In this document: piece by piece, positions 36,389-49,916 of the stretch
Position numbering within the stretch: the stretch's first letter is position 1
Layout of the letters: the number at the start of each line of letters is the position of its first letter
NCBI GenBank assembly: GCA_043228905.1
Contig: JBHGNT010000008.1
Span: 22,072,001-22,136,000, forward strand
Origin: Azolla caroliniana
Taxonomy: Eukaryota; Plantae; Polypodiophyta
DNA length: 64,000 bases
Reading direction: 5' to 3'
Notes under the pieces: generated by a model
The model's database searches: none
What the model was told of the DNA's origin: nothing
The model's input: only the letters and a program-made list of their open reading frames with translations
Translations under genes and position numbers: made by a program

Positions 36389-36791
36389 TCCTCTCATCAT
36401 CATTGCTTCATCAGATCGATCTATTCAGAGAAGAAAGAGACAAAAAGAAAGAAAGTAGGTTTAGTTAAGAGTTCAATTCTCGGTAAAGTCGATCTTCCTA
36501 CTCTCTTTCATTCTCCTGTCAATCGATATATGGCAGCAAAACAAGAGGGGGCAGCCCTGAATCTCAGTAGGGCAGCCATAGCCAAAAGAGAAGCTAGGAA
36601 ACAGGGAGAAAGAGGAGAGAAGGAAATCTGAAAAAGAAACAGAGCTCAGTTGTGTGCAGTCAGAAGAAAGAGAGAGACAGAGAGAGAAAGAGAGAGAGAA
36701 GAAGGAATTCATGATGTCTGCATGACCTGTCCATAGATTCTACACTTCCACAATTCACCTTTCAACTCCTCTCTCCTCTTCCAAAACAAGC

Positions 36792-36795
<4 letters not shown>

Positions 36796-36870
<75 letters not shown>

Positions 36871-36904
36871 CTCTCTCTCTCTCTCTCTCTCTAACACACA
36901 CACA
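36796..36904. repeat. Compound (CT)n/(CA)n microsatellite upstream of the DUF863 gene
   Basis: Direct inspection. Confidence 0.95.
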
Positions 36905-37013
36905 CTATCTCCTCTAGTATCTTTAGGATGGTGTTCACATGAAACCTTGTCGTATGTCGATCTCTCGATTCGGTCCTATCGATCGACAGACACGGCAATT
37001 CCAATCCCACACC

Positions 37014-37102
37014 ATGTATGTATGTATGTATGTATGTATGTATGTATGTATGTATGTATGTATGTATATGTGTGTGTGTGTATGTATGTATATGCATATG
37101 TA

Positions 37103-37135
<33 letters not shown>

Positions 37136-37292
37136 ATGTATGTATGTATGTATGTATGTATGTATGTATGTATGTATGTATGTACGTATGTATGTATATG
37201 TGTGTGTGTATGTATGTATGTATGTATGTGTGTGTGTATATGTATGTATGTATACGTGTATGTGTGTGTGTGTGTATATGTATGTATGTATG
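37014..37292. repeat. Compound (TATG)n/(TG)n microsatellite
   Basis: Direct inspection; explains the spurious MYVC-repeat ORFs. Confidence 0.95.
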
Positions 37293-38126
37293 GTATCTGT
37301 ATAGATAGAGACTATGTCTGGTAAGAAGCTCGATTCATCATCAACCGCACACCTGTCCCCACCATTCCATGAGGACAGATTTCTTCTTTTGCCGTCAATC
37401 TCCTCGTCTTGGCTATATGTATTGCATTGATCCTGCCTTCCCTAGCTTGCCTATACCACATTATATGTGAAAACCACTTTTTTGCTCTATGGGCTGTTTA
37501 TGGTGGAGGAACACTGGAAGTGTGAAAAGGTAGAGAGAGAGAGAGAGAGAGAGTCTGTACATTTGTAGTGTACCAAAATGTCACCCAATCATCTCTCTTT
37601 CTAGGGTGTTTAGGGTTGGTTCATGTGTAAACCTCTTTGTTGTACTGTATCATCTCTGATCTCACAAAACACTCAATTCCATGTGCCATTTTAAAGGCAG
37701 GCTCACTATCTTTTTGACGTCTACGAAAGACCAATCGCGATCTGTGCAATGAGATCAAGCCTGTGGCAAGGATCGAACTTGGGTTCTCTATCGAGATGAG
37801 ACAAATCTTGTGGGGTGGAAGATCCACCTACTACTTTTTGGTGAGATCGGTTGTTTGGTAGAGGGAGGAGAGAGAAAATGTGGAAAACTAAAGCTCTCTT
37901 CGTCTGTAACAACTTCAAGGATGGTTTCACATAAAAGCCTCTTGTTATATGCTGCATTGTTTGCGTAGGCAAAAAATTCGGTAGAAAGCTTGACTCTACC
38001 TCGAGCCTTCTAGCCATGTCAAATGGAGAACAAATAATAATAATTTGAGTATTGAGTAAGCAATGTGTGTGTGTTTGGATTTATACCTTCTGCAGTAGAG
38101 AGAGGAGATAGAGAAAGTGTAAAGAT

Positions 38127-38128
<2 letters not shown>

Positions 38129-38194
<66 letters not shown>
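38129..38194. repeat. (GA)n microsatellite
   Basis: Direct inspection. Confidence 0.95.
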
Positions 38195-38201
<7 letters not shown>

Positions 38202-39279
38202 AGTGTGTGTGAATAATTGTGCAACCTCTCTCCAACATCTTTGGGTTTGATTCACATGAAGTCTCGAGTTATAAAATATATTGTCCATTGGCTTGCGAAA
38301 AGCTAGATCTATTGGGAGCCTTTCAACTTTGCCATTTTGCGCCAAGGTAGAAAGACCATATGTGTGGAAGATGTACCTACCCCTTTCTGTTTAGGTTGGC
38401 ATCTTCTAAAGAGAGAGGAGAGAATGTTTGAAAGATAAAGAGGGATGAGAGAGAATATGTTATCCTTGAACATGTGCAAAATATTGAACAAATGGGATGC
38501 TATCTGTCGGTCTATATATAAGCCAAGTTCGCATGAAGTCTCACAATAAAGGTCATTTGTGTATGTTGTTCATTATCCAATAAAGAACATTGCAAACCTC
38601 GTAAGACACTTTCACACCTTGAATGAGGAGTGGAGTAATTTATTGATTCACGTGGAGCATTTCACAATACAATTGCATATTGAATGAGGGCTGGTGAGGA
38701 GAGTATAGGGGGTCACCGCCTTGTAAAACACGATCACTCGACTACAAACAAGGAAAATAGTATAGATGGATGAAGGAGTAAAACTAACCGAAAAACTCTA
38801 AATATTAGGACCTAGGAAGTGGAATGGGATATAAATGTAATAATATGGTTGGGCGATAGATAGGTTAGGTGGGAATCAATATATAGAATAATCTTCTTTG
38901 AACTTGATGGATTTGTAGAATGGCTTGGTGGATGGTGGAAATCTCGGCCATTTGCATTAGGCTCAACGTCCCTTCTTGGAAACATAACTATATGCAAGAA
39001 GATATAGAGATAACAAGAATGAGGTAATTATCAACAGTTAAAACAATGCAATAGGGAGAGTTGACGAACAAATGAATTCTTTGTGATACAAAATGCTAGA
39101 TAAACATTAAGAGAAATAGAATATGGAATAAGGATTCAAACGTGACAAACGTGGAGAGATTGTAACACTAATTGACCTCAAAACTGTCAAGAAATTGAGA
39201 TTTCTTCTTTAGTAGTTGCAAATCTTTCAAGGCTTATATCTACCTCGTTACTGCTCCAATTTGAGTGAAATAATGTTCT

Positions 39280-39480
39280 ATAGATATGCTCATCAAGAGG
39301 AATCCAAAGACACCTTAATTGCAGACAAGGGCCTTCATATGCCTCCAATAGAGCCTTCTAAAGTTTTCGATTAACATATGTTGTTCTCTTTCACATAGCT
39401 ATGCAACCACTGCTTACATAGGCCAAGTAGTTCCCTAGTTTTGTTGTGGGAGGAGCTTTATATACTTCCTCTATTCTTAT
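39280..39480 (-). mobile_element. Possible Ty1/copia reverse transcriptase relic
   Basis: Minus-strand fragments EEVYKAPP and KL*KAL resemble the copia RT motifs EEVYMxQP and KLxKALYG. Confidence 0.35.
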
Positions 39481-39609
39481 CATGGTGTCTCACGTCTATT
39501 TAGCCTTTTCTTTTTCTTCTTTATGTATCCCATCTTTACCTTTGTTTGTAACCATCTCAAAAAAAGCGCCACTCCTAATTACAAATATGGCCTAAGCCAT
39601 TATGCCAAG

Positions 39610-39884
39610 CATAATATGAACCATACGTACCATACGTACATTCACATTCGTGATTGATTGAACCATTCGCGTAAGAAAAACACCCTCAAAGAATGATAAA
39701 TACCATACTTTTAGATTATCTATTTATTATGAGGTAAATAAGCCTAAAAAATGAAAAAAAAAAATTAAAAAAACATTAAAAAAATGGGAAAAAAACACAA
39801 GAATATTTGAATAACATTCGCATTCGTTTTCCAACGTAGGAAAACGAATCTTATGCTAGACGAACACGAATTTTACGTACTATG
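39610..39884. mobile_element. hAT-type MITE with 8-bp TSD
   Basis: Flanks ATGCCAAG (39602-39609) and CTGCCAAG (39885-39892). Ends CATAATATG... / ...CGTACTATG. Subterminal ATTCG/CGAA motifs. Confidence 0.65.
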
Positions 39885-41924
39885 CTGCCAAGTACTTAAA
39901 CCCCACACTTCCACACCTGTTGTGTCATTACTTTTAAAACAAAAAATGACACACATATTGTGAAATGCACATAAAGAGAATCCAAACTAGTCTATCTTGC
40001 TCCTTACTTCCTACTTAATTTATAGTTGATACAGAGATACCCATTTGGGTTGGTTTCGCTACAAACTAATGCATGGATACTTGCATGAAGGCCTCTGTTT
40101 GTTAAAAAGGTGGCATAATTTGTGCTTGCTACAAAGGTGGCACAAAGGTACACCATGATATGTATATTGCCATTATCATAAATAAGATGGCATGCATCAC
40201 TTAACTAATTTGAGCACATGTGACCAAATTAATGAACACCTTGGACAACAACACATTGTACACGTGATAATTAGTGTAGTCTTATGCATGATAGGCAAGT
40301 GGTGAACAACCATGCTAACAAAGTGGTGAGAATGTGGTAAGGCTAAGTGACGAGCATGCAAAAACTGAAGGGTATAATATATAGGGAGGTTCTTATTCCG
40401 GTTCAATGCTAGTTTTCAATTTACATGTTCAAACTTGCTCATGTACTCTTGTACTTTTTGTTTACAATTTGTTTTTCTATTTTTTACGGAAACTTTGTTG
40501 AGTCTTCCATGGTAGGTATCACCTCACTATGTCATTAAGAATACACGTATGTTCTATTAGGTCTAGAGTGCTTAAGACATATATTTGTCATCAACATAAA
40601 AGGACTATATCTAGTTGATGTATGCTTAGAGCTATTATAATCAAACTCCAATATAGGAAGATATTGTTCACATTTAGTAGACATCTTAGTGGCATATGCT
40701 CGAAGCATATTCTCTTATCTCATTAACTCGATTTGTTTGTCTATTAGACTAAGGGTGGGTTGTGTAACTCATGCTCAAAGTAATTTCTATTTTCTTAAAG
40801 CTTTGAGTCCAGAAATCACTACAAATTTCAAAACTTAGTATCTCTATCACTCACTATATCCATTGGTAACAAGTTGAAAGTCCAAATTACACCATTGATA
40901 TATTGAACTATTCCATCCGCCAAATGGACTTTGTAAGTGTGAACTACCAAAGTCAAATAAGAAATATATTAAAGAAAAATACTAGTAAGACCAATGACAC
41001 AAAGCAAATTATTAATTTGTAGCAGATGTTTTGGAAAATATCATGAGCAATAACTTAGATGTTGAATATGAACCTCAAGAATATCAATATAATTGAACCA
41101 GAGACAATGTTGTCCTTGCCGAAGGGTTGTTGATGAATGATATACCACTTGATATGTATGAGAACGCTCGTGCATGTGAATGACAATACCTTTCGAGATA
41201 CTAGTTCAACAATACACTAACTTGTTGTATTATTCATGCATGTATGCCCATACATGGGCACAACACGATTTACTTGAAGGTTGGGCCTTCGAGTAATTGA
41301 ATTGACTCGAAGGTTTGACCTCCTGGCAAATCAATTCGGTCAAGTGTTTTTAAGTTATGGCAAAATTTTCCATCTTGCAATTTTCTTGCCACACTCATGA
41401 GTGTTGTGTAGGGCATCAAATTCATGAAATCTAATGTTGGGGCTTCGATTCCCATCACACGTCATTTTTTTGTTCCTTCGTATATCTCTTCTTTAGAACT
41501 TAAATTTTTGAGCCAAATTTTTTATTGCATTGGTCTCGAGAATGGCATGACGATGTGTGACGTTCACTTGGAAATCATGGATTTGAATTCGGCCTAACAT
41601 AAATTTAAGACAATTTTATGTGTAGCTTTTTACCCAATGGTCAATTTTTTCGAACAGAAAATTACTCAGTGTCCTCAATTTCGAGGACATTGACCTATGG
41701 TTGATGCACTATGGGTGGTCTTGTTAACATATAAGAAATAAGGTAGTAGCTACAATCATTCACCTCTCCTCTCAAGCTGTTCACATTGATTATATGCCTT
41801 TGTGCCAATGGAGTTTTGCTTCCATGTTGACAACATTTACCGAGTGGTTAGGACCCCTATATACCCTATTCATGGCGAGTTGGTCCAGAGTGGTTGTCAA
41901 TCATTGCTGATCCATTAACCTCAC

Positions 41925-42440
41925 TTGTGCTAATATAGTGAACTCTCATTCACCTCTCTAAGCAATGGTAACCTTTCTTAAAAGTTTGGTAATACCCTAA
42001 TGAGGTTCACCATTATTCACATGTGGTAGTAAAAACGAGAAAAATGATTGTAAATATAGGAAATAACCACACCTCAATTAATATAATCACACACAACACA
42101 AATAATAGGAGCAATGGCTAGGGTAGCACTCATCGCAATCACTCAACTCACAACTAGTATATAAAGACAAGAGAAAAGGAGAAAGCTCTAGCTTGATTAC
42201 AAGGGGCTTGAGAGTAAAGAATAAAGAAGAAGCTATAACAAGCGCTAAAGTGATTTTTATAGCTCACTAAAAAAAGGTTGCCCCCTTTCACATGTGGGCA
42301 ACCATTAGGCCTAAAGCTCTAGAGCCAAATTTGTTCTATTTGCCTTTTCTTGGTCTTCATTTAGTCTTTAGTACCAATGTCATTGCTTATGTCTTCATGG
42401 GTCATGCCATGTATGGTAGATACTTAACATCCATCCTTCA
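41925..42440. mobile_element. LTR-like dispersed repeat; a second copy is split across about 53055-53200 and 53900-54160
   Basis: Shared blocks AGTGAACTC..ATTCACCTCTCT, TAACCACACCTC.ATTAA, TTTATAGCTCACT...AAAAAGGTTG, GCCTAAAG.TCTA..GCCAA.TTTGTTCTAT, TTTAGTACCAATG, TACTTAACA. Confidence 0.6.
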
Positions 42441-43580
42441 AAAGCTTCGACTAGTGCTTTACAATAGGGTCATGCGCTTGTTCCACATTGTTATTGGCCT
42501 CAATGTTATAAAAAAGCATGATGATGGTGTAATGTGGCTTGTGTGAAGGAGGAAAAGTGTCGAATTCAAGTTTAAGATGGGTTAAAGGGTTTGGTGAAAG
42601 ACGTAAGTAGAAGGAAATGAGAGGAGAAAAAACTTAGAACAACTAATGGTAGCTCAAGTGACAAGAGTTATCCACTTAAATGAAAAGGTTGAGGGTTAAC
42701 CCCATTAGGTACGATAAAGGGAAAATATGAGCTATAATGCTAAAGTGATTAACAATAAAGTGAACATAGATACAACAACAATCATTTTGCAAGCACTATG
42801 CACCCTTGATAAGATAAGGATAGGTGCATGCTAAATAAGGCACTATTATTCTTATTTGACATGGAGCACTACAAAATGGTTTTAAATGACCAAGAGAGCT
42901 CAATCTTGAGTTCCTTTTTTTGGGAATTTAAGTGCCCAAACTTTGACAAAATTCTAATAATTGGAGTTTAGGGTTTTCTAAATATTCTTCTTAATAGGAT
43001 ATGGGGGTTTGGGTGAAACTTTAGGAGTAAGTTATTCGAGGGTGCATGGAACCTATGACAAAGAAAGTTGTTGAAGTCATTGTGCGCAACCAGGCTACGT
43101 TGAAACTCAACTAAAATCTTTTTATCTATCTTTGAGCTTAGTTACTCATGGGGCTTCATGTTTTTATTTCCCATACCCTATGTCAAAGGGATTCTATTCA
43201 TTGTAAATTTGGATATTAATATTGGTTTTGTTTTATTTCAATTATTTGACAGAAAATTTTGCTATGTTATTTTGATTGTAATGAACTTGCTTGATTTGTA
43301 AACAGGGTTTATAGGGATTTTGGATCAACAAGAATCATAACGGATTTCTCGGTTTGAAAATCTAATCATGGAGGGAAAAACAAGTGTAATGCACTTCAAT
43401 TTTGTAGAAGGCTTATGTGATTTTAAGCTTCCAATGTTTTACTTTTCATCAACGAGCTTACTCCACCTAAGTTGCAATGAAATTTTCGGCATGGAAATTT
43501 GAGCACTGGTATGAATTCTATGACAATATGTTTTTTATTTCGAGTGATGAGATTCAAACCGCCATACTGAATTTCGATTG

Positions 43581-43874
43581 TGTTGAGCAAGCAAGCTCAA
43601 CCCGATCCGGATCGACTGAATAAGATAGAGCCCGATCGTATCCGGAACCAGGAGACGGATCGAAGAGCCGGATTCGAGTGCGAACCGGAAGCCTAGTAGT
43701 AGCCTAGACTACTAGGTAATCATTGTCTCGTAGTTAGTGTCAGTCGCTTGTATGAGCATTGAAGTACATAGTACCTCTGTCAGTCCTTTTCAGGACTTGT
43801 ATAAATAATGTTGTTTAGCACATTGTACATACAAAGAGTTTTTAGAGTGTTATTTTGAATTGAGTTTATGTTTT

Positions 43875-43926
<52 letters not shown>

Positions 43927-44028
43927 CTACGTACGCGTACTCTCTTTGTGTGTTGAGCTTTCCTTTCATCTTCTGTTGCTATCCGGCTGAGCCGGTTTGT
44001 CAAACGCTTCCACACGTTTACTTTGACA
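43581..44028 (+). repeat. 5' LTR of the copia element
   Basis: TG...CA, colinear with the 3' LTR, expanded (CT)n, followed by the PBS. Confidence 0.95.
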
Positions 44029-44121
44029 TGGTATAAGAGCGCGAGGGTTGAGAACCTCTGCAACCGACATATGCTTTCGAACACAAACCCTAATACCCGG
44101 TAAGGACAAACAGAAAAAGAT

Positions 44122-47100
44122 ATGGACAGAGGTATGGCGAGTTCACTTCCCACAGAGAAGCTCGACCTGAGCAACTACACATCCTGGTCATATAAAATGC
44201 ACCAGTACCTGCTGGGGCATGGATATTGGAGCTACGTGGAAGGAACCAACTAGGTAGCACCGTAGCCGACACACAAGGACTTCCCGGCATGGGAGCAAGA
44301 AGCGAGCCGGGTTTTGTACTGCCTCACTTCTTGTATGCATGATTAGATGCTCGGCTACATCAAGGATGCAAAAACGCCGACGGAGGCCTGGGAAAATCTT
44401 CGGAAGATTTTCACCATGAGTACCACAACCTGCAAGTTACAGCTCTGACAAGAGCTAAACAACATTCGACAAAGAGATATGTTGGTTACGAACTACACTG
44501 CCAAGATAAAGGAGATTTGTGACGCGCTTGGGTCCATCAACGTGACGGTGGACGAAGATAGGATGATTCAAATATGCCTCGGTGGTCTAGCACAACGGTA
44601 CGGGCCAATTCTGATGGCAATTTGCACCTGGGAGAAGCCACCATCCTTCTTCGACTTACAATCAATGTTGATGGTCGAAGAAAACCACGCGAGTGGGTCG
44701 AGGATCACTCAATCAGACAACCAGATGTTGTACATGGAGGCAAATCAGTCCCATGGGCATGGAGGACGAGGTGGGTCGGCATGCAATGGAGGCAGCTAGC
44801 AAGAGTAGAACCGAAGGCACAGAGACAGTGCCGATAGCAGTTCCGGACCCTCCACAAGCAGGGGGAGTCGAGTCGGAGCCGGAAACCGACACGGAATGTT
44901 GGTACTATGGCAAGAAAGGTCATAGAGAGAGCGAGTGTTGGAAGAAGCGTGCCGATTCGGATAAATCCGGATCCAACAAGGCCGGACAAGGGAACCAACA
45001 AAGCTCGCACTACGTAGAAGGATCGGAAGGATCCGGAATCGGGAAGACGGGTAAAGGGCCAACCTTCGTGATGAAGCACAAGGCTAACTCGATGAAGAAG
45101 AATAATTCCAAATCGGAAGAAGTATGGTACGTTGATTCTGGAGCGTCCAACCACATGACAAGCCATGAAGAGTGGTTCTCTTTTTTGGAGAAACCGGAAC
45201 AACCGGGGATTGTCGAAACCGGAGACGACACCCCTCACCCAATTGTGCATGTCGGAGAAGTCCCTTTAAGCCATGTCGGACAAAAGGGGAAGGTGATGAA
45301 TGTACTACACGTTACGACTATCACAAAGAACTTGGTGTCGGTTGGACAAATCGTCGACTAAGGGATGCATGTGCGGTTTACGCACCTCGGTTGCATCATC
45401 GAGGAAGAAGGCTGGATAATTGCGCAAGGGCGCAGAGAAGGGAGGATGCTCATCCTCAATACTAATGATGTTGGCACCGCCATGTTTGCCAAAGGATAGA
45501 AGATTGAATCGGATATCGATCTCTGGCATAAGCGAATCGGCCACGTCAACTACCGGAGACTTCAAGATCTGCAATCGAAACAAGTTGTGTTCGGATTACC
45601 GAAGTTTAGTGGCCGGAAGGCCCAAATATGTGAAGCCTGCCAACTCGGAAAGCAACACCGGCTTCCATTCCCCACCGAACGAAACCAGCGCCGTAACAAG
45701 CTTGATCTAATCCATTCGGATGTATGGGGACCGGCACAGAACGTTAGTCTTGGCGGGAGTCGGTATTTCATCTCCTTCATCGACGACTACAGCCGACACA
45801 CGTGGATCTATCTCATCGAGAAGAAAAGAGAAGTTTTCGATTGTTTCTGGAACCTTCAAAGCTTAGTCGAAAGGGTTATGGAGAGGAAGATCAAGTGCCT
45901 GCGATCGGATGGCGGAAAAGAATACTTTTCCGGCCAATTCAACAGTTATCTGCAGCAGAATGGAATTTGGAGAGAATTCAACTACTGAAACACACTGGAA
46001 CAAAACTGTGTGGCTAAGAGAAAGAACCGATCGATTGTCGACGTGGCAAGGGCAATGCTGGAGGAGAAGAGCATGCCCCAATTCTATTGGGTTGAGGCGG
46101 TCCGGATGGCCGTGTACATCCAAAACCGGATCGGAGACAAGGTGTCAGCACATGAGCTGTATTTCTGGCGGAAGCCGAATTTGAGGCACCTTCGGATATT
46201 CTGTAGCATAGCATATGTGCATGTACCGGATGAGAAGCGGAAGAAGCTAGATTCGAAGTTGGAGAAATGCATCCTAGTCAGTTACTCGCATGAGCAGAAG
46301 GGGTATAAGTGTTATGACCCCCAGACTAAATAGGTACGAGTAAGTCGAGATGTCGAGTTTGATGAGTCGGCATCATGGTACTCCCTACCGACTCCAACTC
46401 CCGATGAAGACCCGATTCCGAAAGGTGAGGCTAGTGAGCCTGAGGAGGTCCAAGAAGAAGATGAAGACTTTGGCACTTTAGAAGAGAGTCCGATCTCATT
46501 CCGGTTAAGTGGACCGAATGAGCGGCTGAGTCGGGATGACTAGTCGGATGAAGAACCGGCGAGTAGTGGAGACTCTGCCGTGCTCTCCCCGCGCAAGGAA
46601 CTGAGGAGACGGTTCACGCGCAAAGAGAAGGGGAAGAAGAAGATGCTGGAATACGACACTGGCAGTGAAGGGTCGGATCGGTACGAATCTGACCCCGGAA
46701 AGGAAGAAGGAGGATCTTAAAAAAGGAAGTCTGAACCTGCCAAGAAGGGACTCAAACCAGCTAACAAAATGTTACGTCGGTCAACCCGTCAAAAGAAAAC
46801 CGTCATGAGGTATGGGTACAATGAGTACATGGCGCATCACTATGCGTACATGACTAAGGTGGCTGAAGTGCGTGAGCAGGAGAGCTACGCAGAAGCAGTG
46901 AAAGACACAAATTGGCATGCTGTTATGGAGGACGAAATACGGGCACTAGATGCCAACGACACATGGAACCTAGTTGGCCCACCTCAACAATGCAAACCGA
47001 TCGGTTGCAAGTGGGTGTACAAGGTAAAGTACAACGCCGACGGTTCGGTCAACCGGTACAAATCCTGGTCAGTGGTGAAGGGATACACATAGACCCGCGG

Positions 47101-49916
47101 AATCGAGTATGACGAGACCTTCGCTTCGGTAGCGAAGATGATGACGGTTCGTGTGGTACTGGCAGTTGTTGCGGCAAGGGGATGACATCTTCACCAAATG
47201 GATGTGAAGAATGTGTTTCTTCAAGGTGATCTTGAAGAACGGGTCTATATGATCCAACCCCCCGGTTTCCAATCGGAGATGAACAAGTCAACAGTGTGCC
47301 GACTCAAGAAATCGCTTTACGGTCTGAAACAAGCCCCCCGAGCTTGGAATGTGAAGATCACGCACCGGTTGTGTAAGATGGGGTTTGTGACCTCTAAGTC
47401 TGACTCTTCATTGTTCATCCGTAACGGTTCGGTTTGCATTTTGCTTTATGTAGATTATTTAGTCATCACCGGACCCAGACTCGATGAAATCAGCAGAGTG
47501 AAGTCCCAACTGTCGGACGCATTTGAAATGAAGGACCTGGGGGACCTTCTTTATTTTCGTGGGATCGATGTGATCCGGACACCCGACGACATATTGCTCT
47601 CACAATGCCATTATATGTTGAATATGTTGTACAAGTTTGGCATGACGGAATGCCGACCAATCACTACACCCCTGGACCGGAACCTGAACCTACGTCCCGA
47701 CTCCGGCCCGGCCTGGGATGAGAAACGGTTCCGACAAATTGTCGAAAGACTTATCTACTTGACAATCACCCGACCGACATAAGTTATCCGGTCGGAGTGA
47801 TTAGCCAGTTCATGCAGAAGCCAACTGTCGAGCACCTTCAATGCACACACATGATACTTTGGTATGTTAGCGGCGTGAAGGATTGGGGACTGTTATACCG
47901 ACACGGTATAACTGGGAAGTTAGTCAGATATACCGATGCTGACTGGGTTGGTGATGCATCAGATCGCCGATCCACCTCTGGTTACATGTTTTCTCTTGGT
48001 AGCGTGGCTATTGCATGGAACAACAAAAAACATCCAACAGTGGCTCTGTCGAGCACTGAGGCTGAATACCGGGGCGCTACGATTGCCACCTGTGAAGCCA
48101 TCTGGCTTCGACGACTGTTGCGTTGTCGTGAAGAATTTCGGCTAGAGGCGGAAACCGGGAAATATCGGCTACATCGGCGGGGTGCATCATGTGCGCTCAC
48201 CCTTGTACATTTAGGGTGAATAACGAGGGCGCCTTTATGGCGCCGAAGAGTAGTCAAGTCGGGACAGAGAATCCCATGTAAGTCAGGATTTATCCCACAT
48301 TGTAACGCATCTCCCTCCTTGTTCTATAAAAGGAAGGGAGAGCCTCTTGTGAAGGGGTTGCCCATTTTGAGTCTTAAGGGTATACCGTTTTGTGTTTCTT
48401 TCTAGGGTTAGCTACATTCTTTCTTTTCTTCGTTTCTTTTCTGCTCCTTCTCGAGGAGTCGAGCAGTAGCTATGACGGTAAGCTGTTAGGTTAGTTTCTC
48501 TTCTTCTGTGCGTAGCCGGCTTGCGGCTGGGGTGGTATCTCTCCCTGTTGTAGGTTGCTTCTGCTCAGCCTCTTGTGCAAGACCCCGCTCGGCGCAATGA
48601 GCCCGAGAGCTCCCCGACGGCGGCTTGGCGGCAAACTACTGTTGCGACCTAGCCTACCTCAATCCGGCTCGGAGTCGGAGTTGTAACTCACTCTTGTAAT
48701 CATATATATATATATATATACAGGGTTGTGCATATTCGTGTCTTTGTCGGTGTCGGGTGCTTTCCCTTCTGTGTGTTTCCAGTACATAAGAGGTGTGCGT
48801 TGTGTCGGTGTTGCGCGCGTGTTCTCGCCCTCTCTTCCTCTCTCGCGTTTGGTAGCCACCGGTACGCGTCCGGAATCGCTCCGGTTTGCGCCATCACCAG
48901 TGCAGCCGGGACCGAAGAGAAGTCGGCTTCCTACGCTCCGTCACTCCCTAGTCCAAGACCCCTGTGGTCCCGCCCCTTCTATACGCACGTGCGTAACAAT
49001 GCGACAACGTGACCTCCGGATCGAGGTGCCGACCCCGATCCCGATTGCCAAGAACCCAGTGTTCCATGTTCGGACAAAGCACATAGAAGTGCATTATCAC
49101 TTTGTTCGTGAGCGGGTCCTGAGTGGTGAAGTTGAACTTCGGTATGTTCACACGGATCGACAGGTTGCCGACATCTTCACCAAGCCGCTCGGGTTAGACA
49201 AGTTGCAACACTTTTTGGAGATGCTCGGCCTACAACATCTCAATGTGCCGTACTTGAGGGGGAAAATAGGAACAAGAATGGATGGCACCGGACAAGGAGC
49301 CGGAGAGGAAGAAAGAACCAAAGGGGGAGATGAGCCGAAAAAGGAAGCCGAGTCGACCAAAGGAGTCGGCACATCCGAACAAGTCAGAGCAAGCGGCAGT
49401 GTCGGTAAAGGTAAAAAGGATAGAGCCGACCGGAAGAAGAAGGCCAAGAGCTGGTCGTGGTTTGATGTGGTGAAGGGCCTGAAAACCGGAGATGAGTTGG
49501 AGAACACCAACTCAGACAAGAGCCGAAACGAATCAGAAGTGAACGATTTGGACAAGAGGTGGAATGAATCGGAGACAGGCGATTTGGTTCAACAGATGGA
49601 TTCGAAAGAGCCAGATCTTCTTAAGGCCAAGCAGATACGGATGGAATGGAAGTCGACACCACCACGGAGGAGCCGACGGGTCGACAAGCGCCGGAGTCGT
49701 AGCAGCAAGGGAGCTGAAATGGGCTTGTTGAATAGACAAGCCGACCGAGGAGATCGAGGTGCGCAGAACCAAAAGGGTCGCGACAAACGAGACCGGACCG
49801 GACGAGGAGTGCGAGCAAGGTGGAACGACGCCAGAAGGAGCCTGGTGGAAGGACCGGCTGCCACATACACTAACACCATGATCCGACCTCAAGTTGAGCT
49901 TGAGGGGGAGTGTTGA
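44122..49916 (+). pseudogene. Copia gag-pol polyprotein pseudogene (about 12 premature stops, frameshifts, interrupted by a solo LTR)
   Basis: Starts MDRGMASSLPTEKLD. In-frame stops at 44251, 44344, 44446, 44797, 45359, 45497, 45986, 46331, 46541, 47090 and 47183. Confidence 0.9.
48124..49006 (+). mobile_element. Solo LTR (883 bp) of an unrelated retrotransposon nested in the copia RNase H
   Basis: TGTCG...CGACA ends, flanks GCGT/ACGT, TATA-like CTATAAAAGG near 48324. Removing it restores WLRRLLR-DLRIEVPTPI. Confidence 0.85.

Noticed and set aside
36891-37324. ORFs of MYVC/HTYI repeats (also 10299-10564)
   Set aside because: Translations of (TATG)n/(TG)n microsatellites.
48726-49916. 396-aa ORF as an independent host gene
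   Set aside because: Chimera of solo-LTR sequence, the copia RNase H C-terminus and the element tail.
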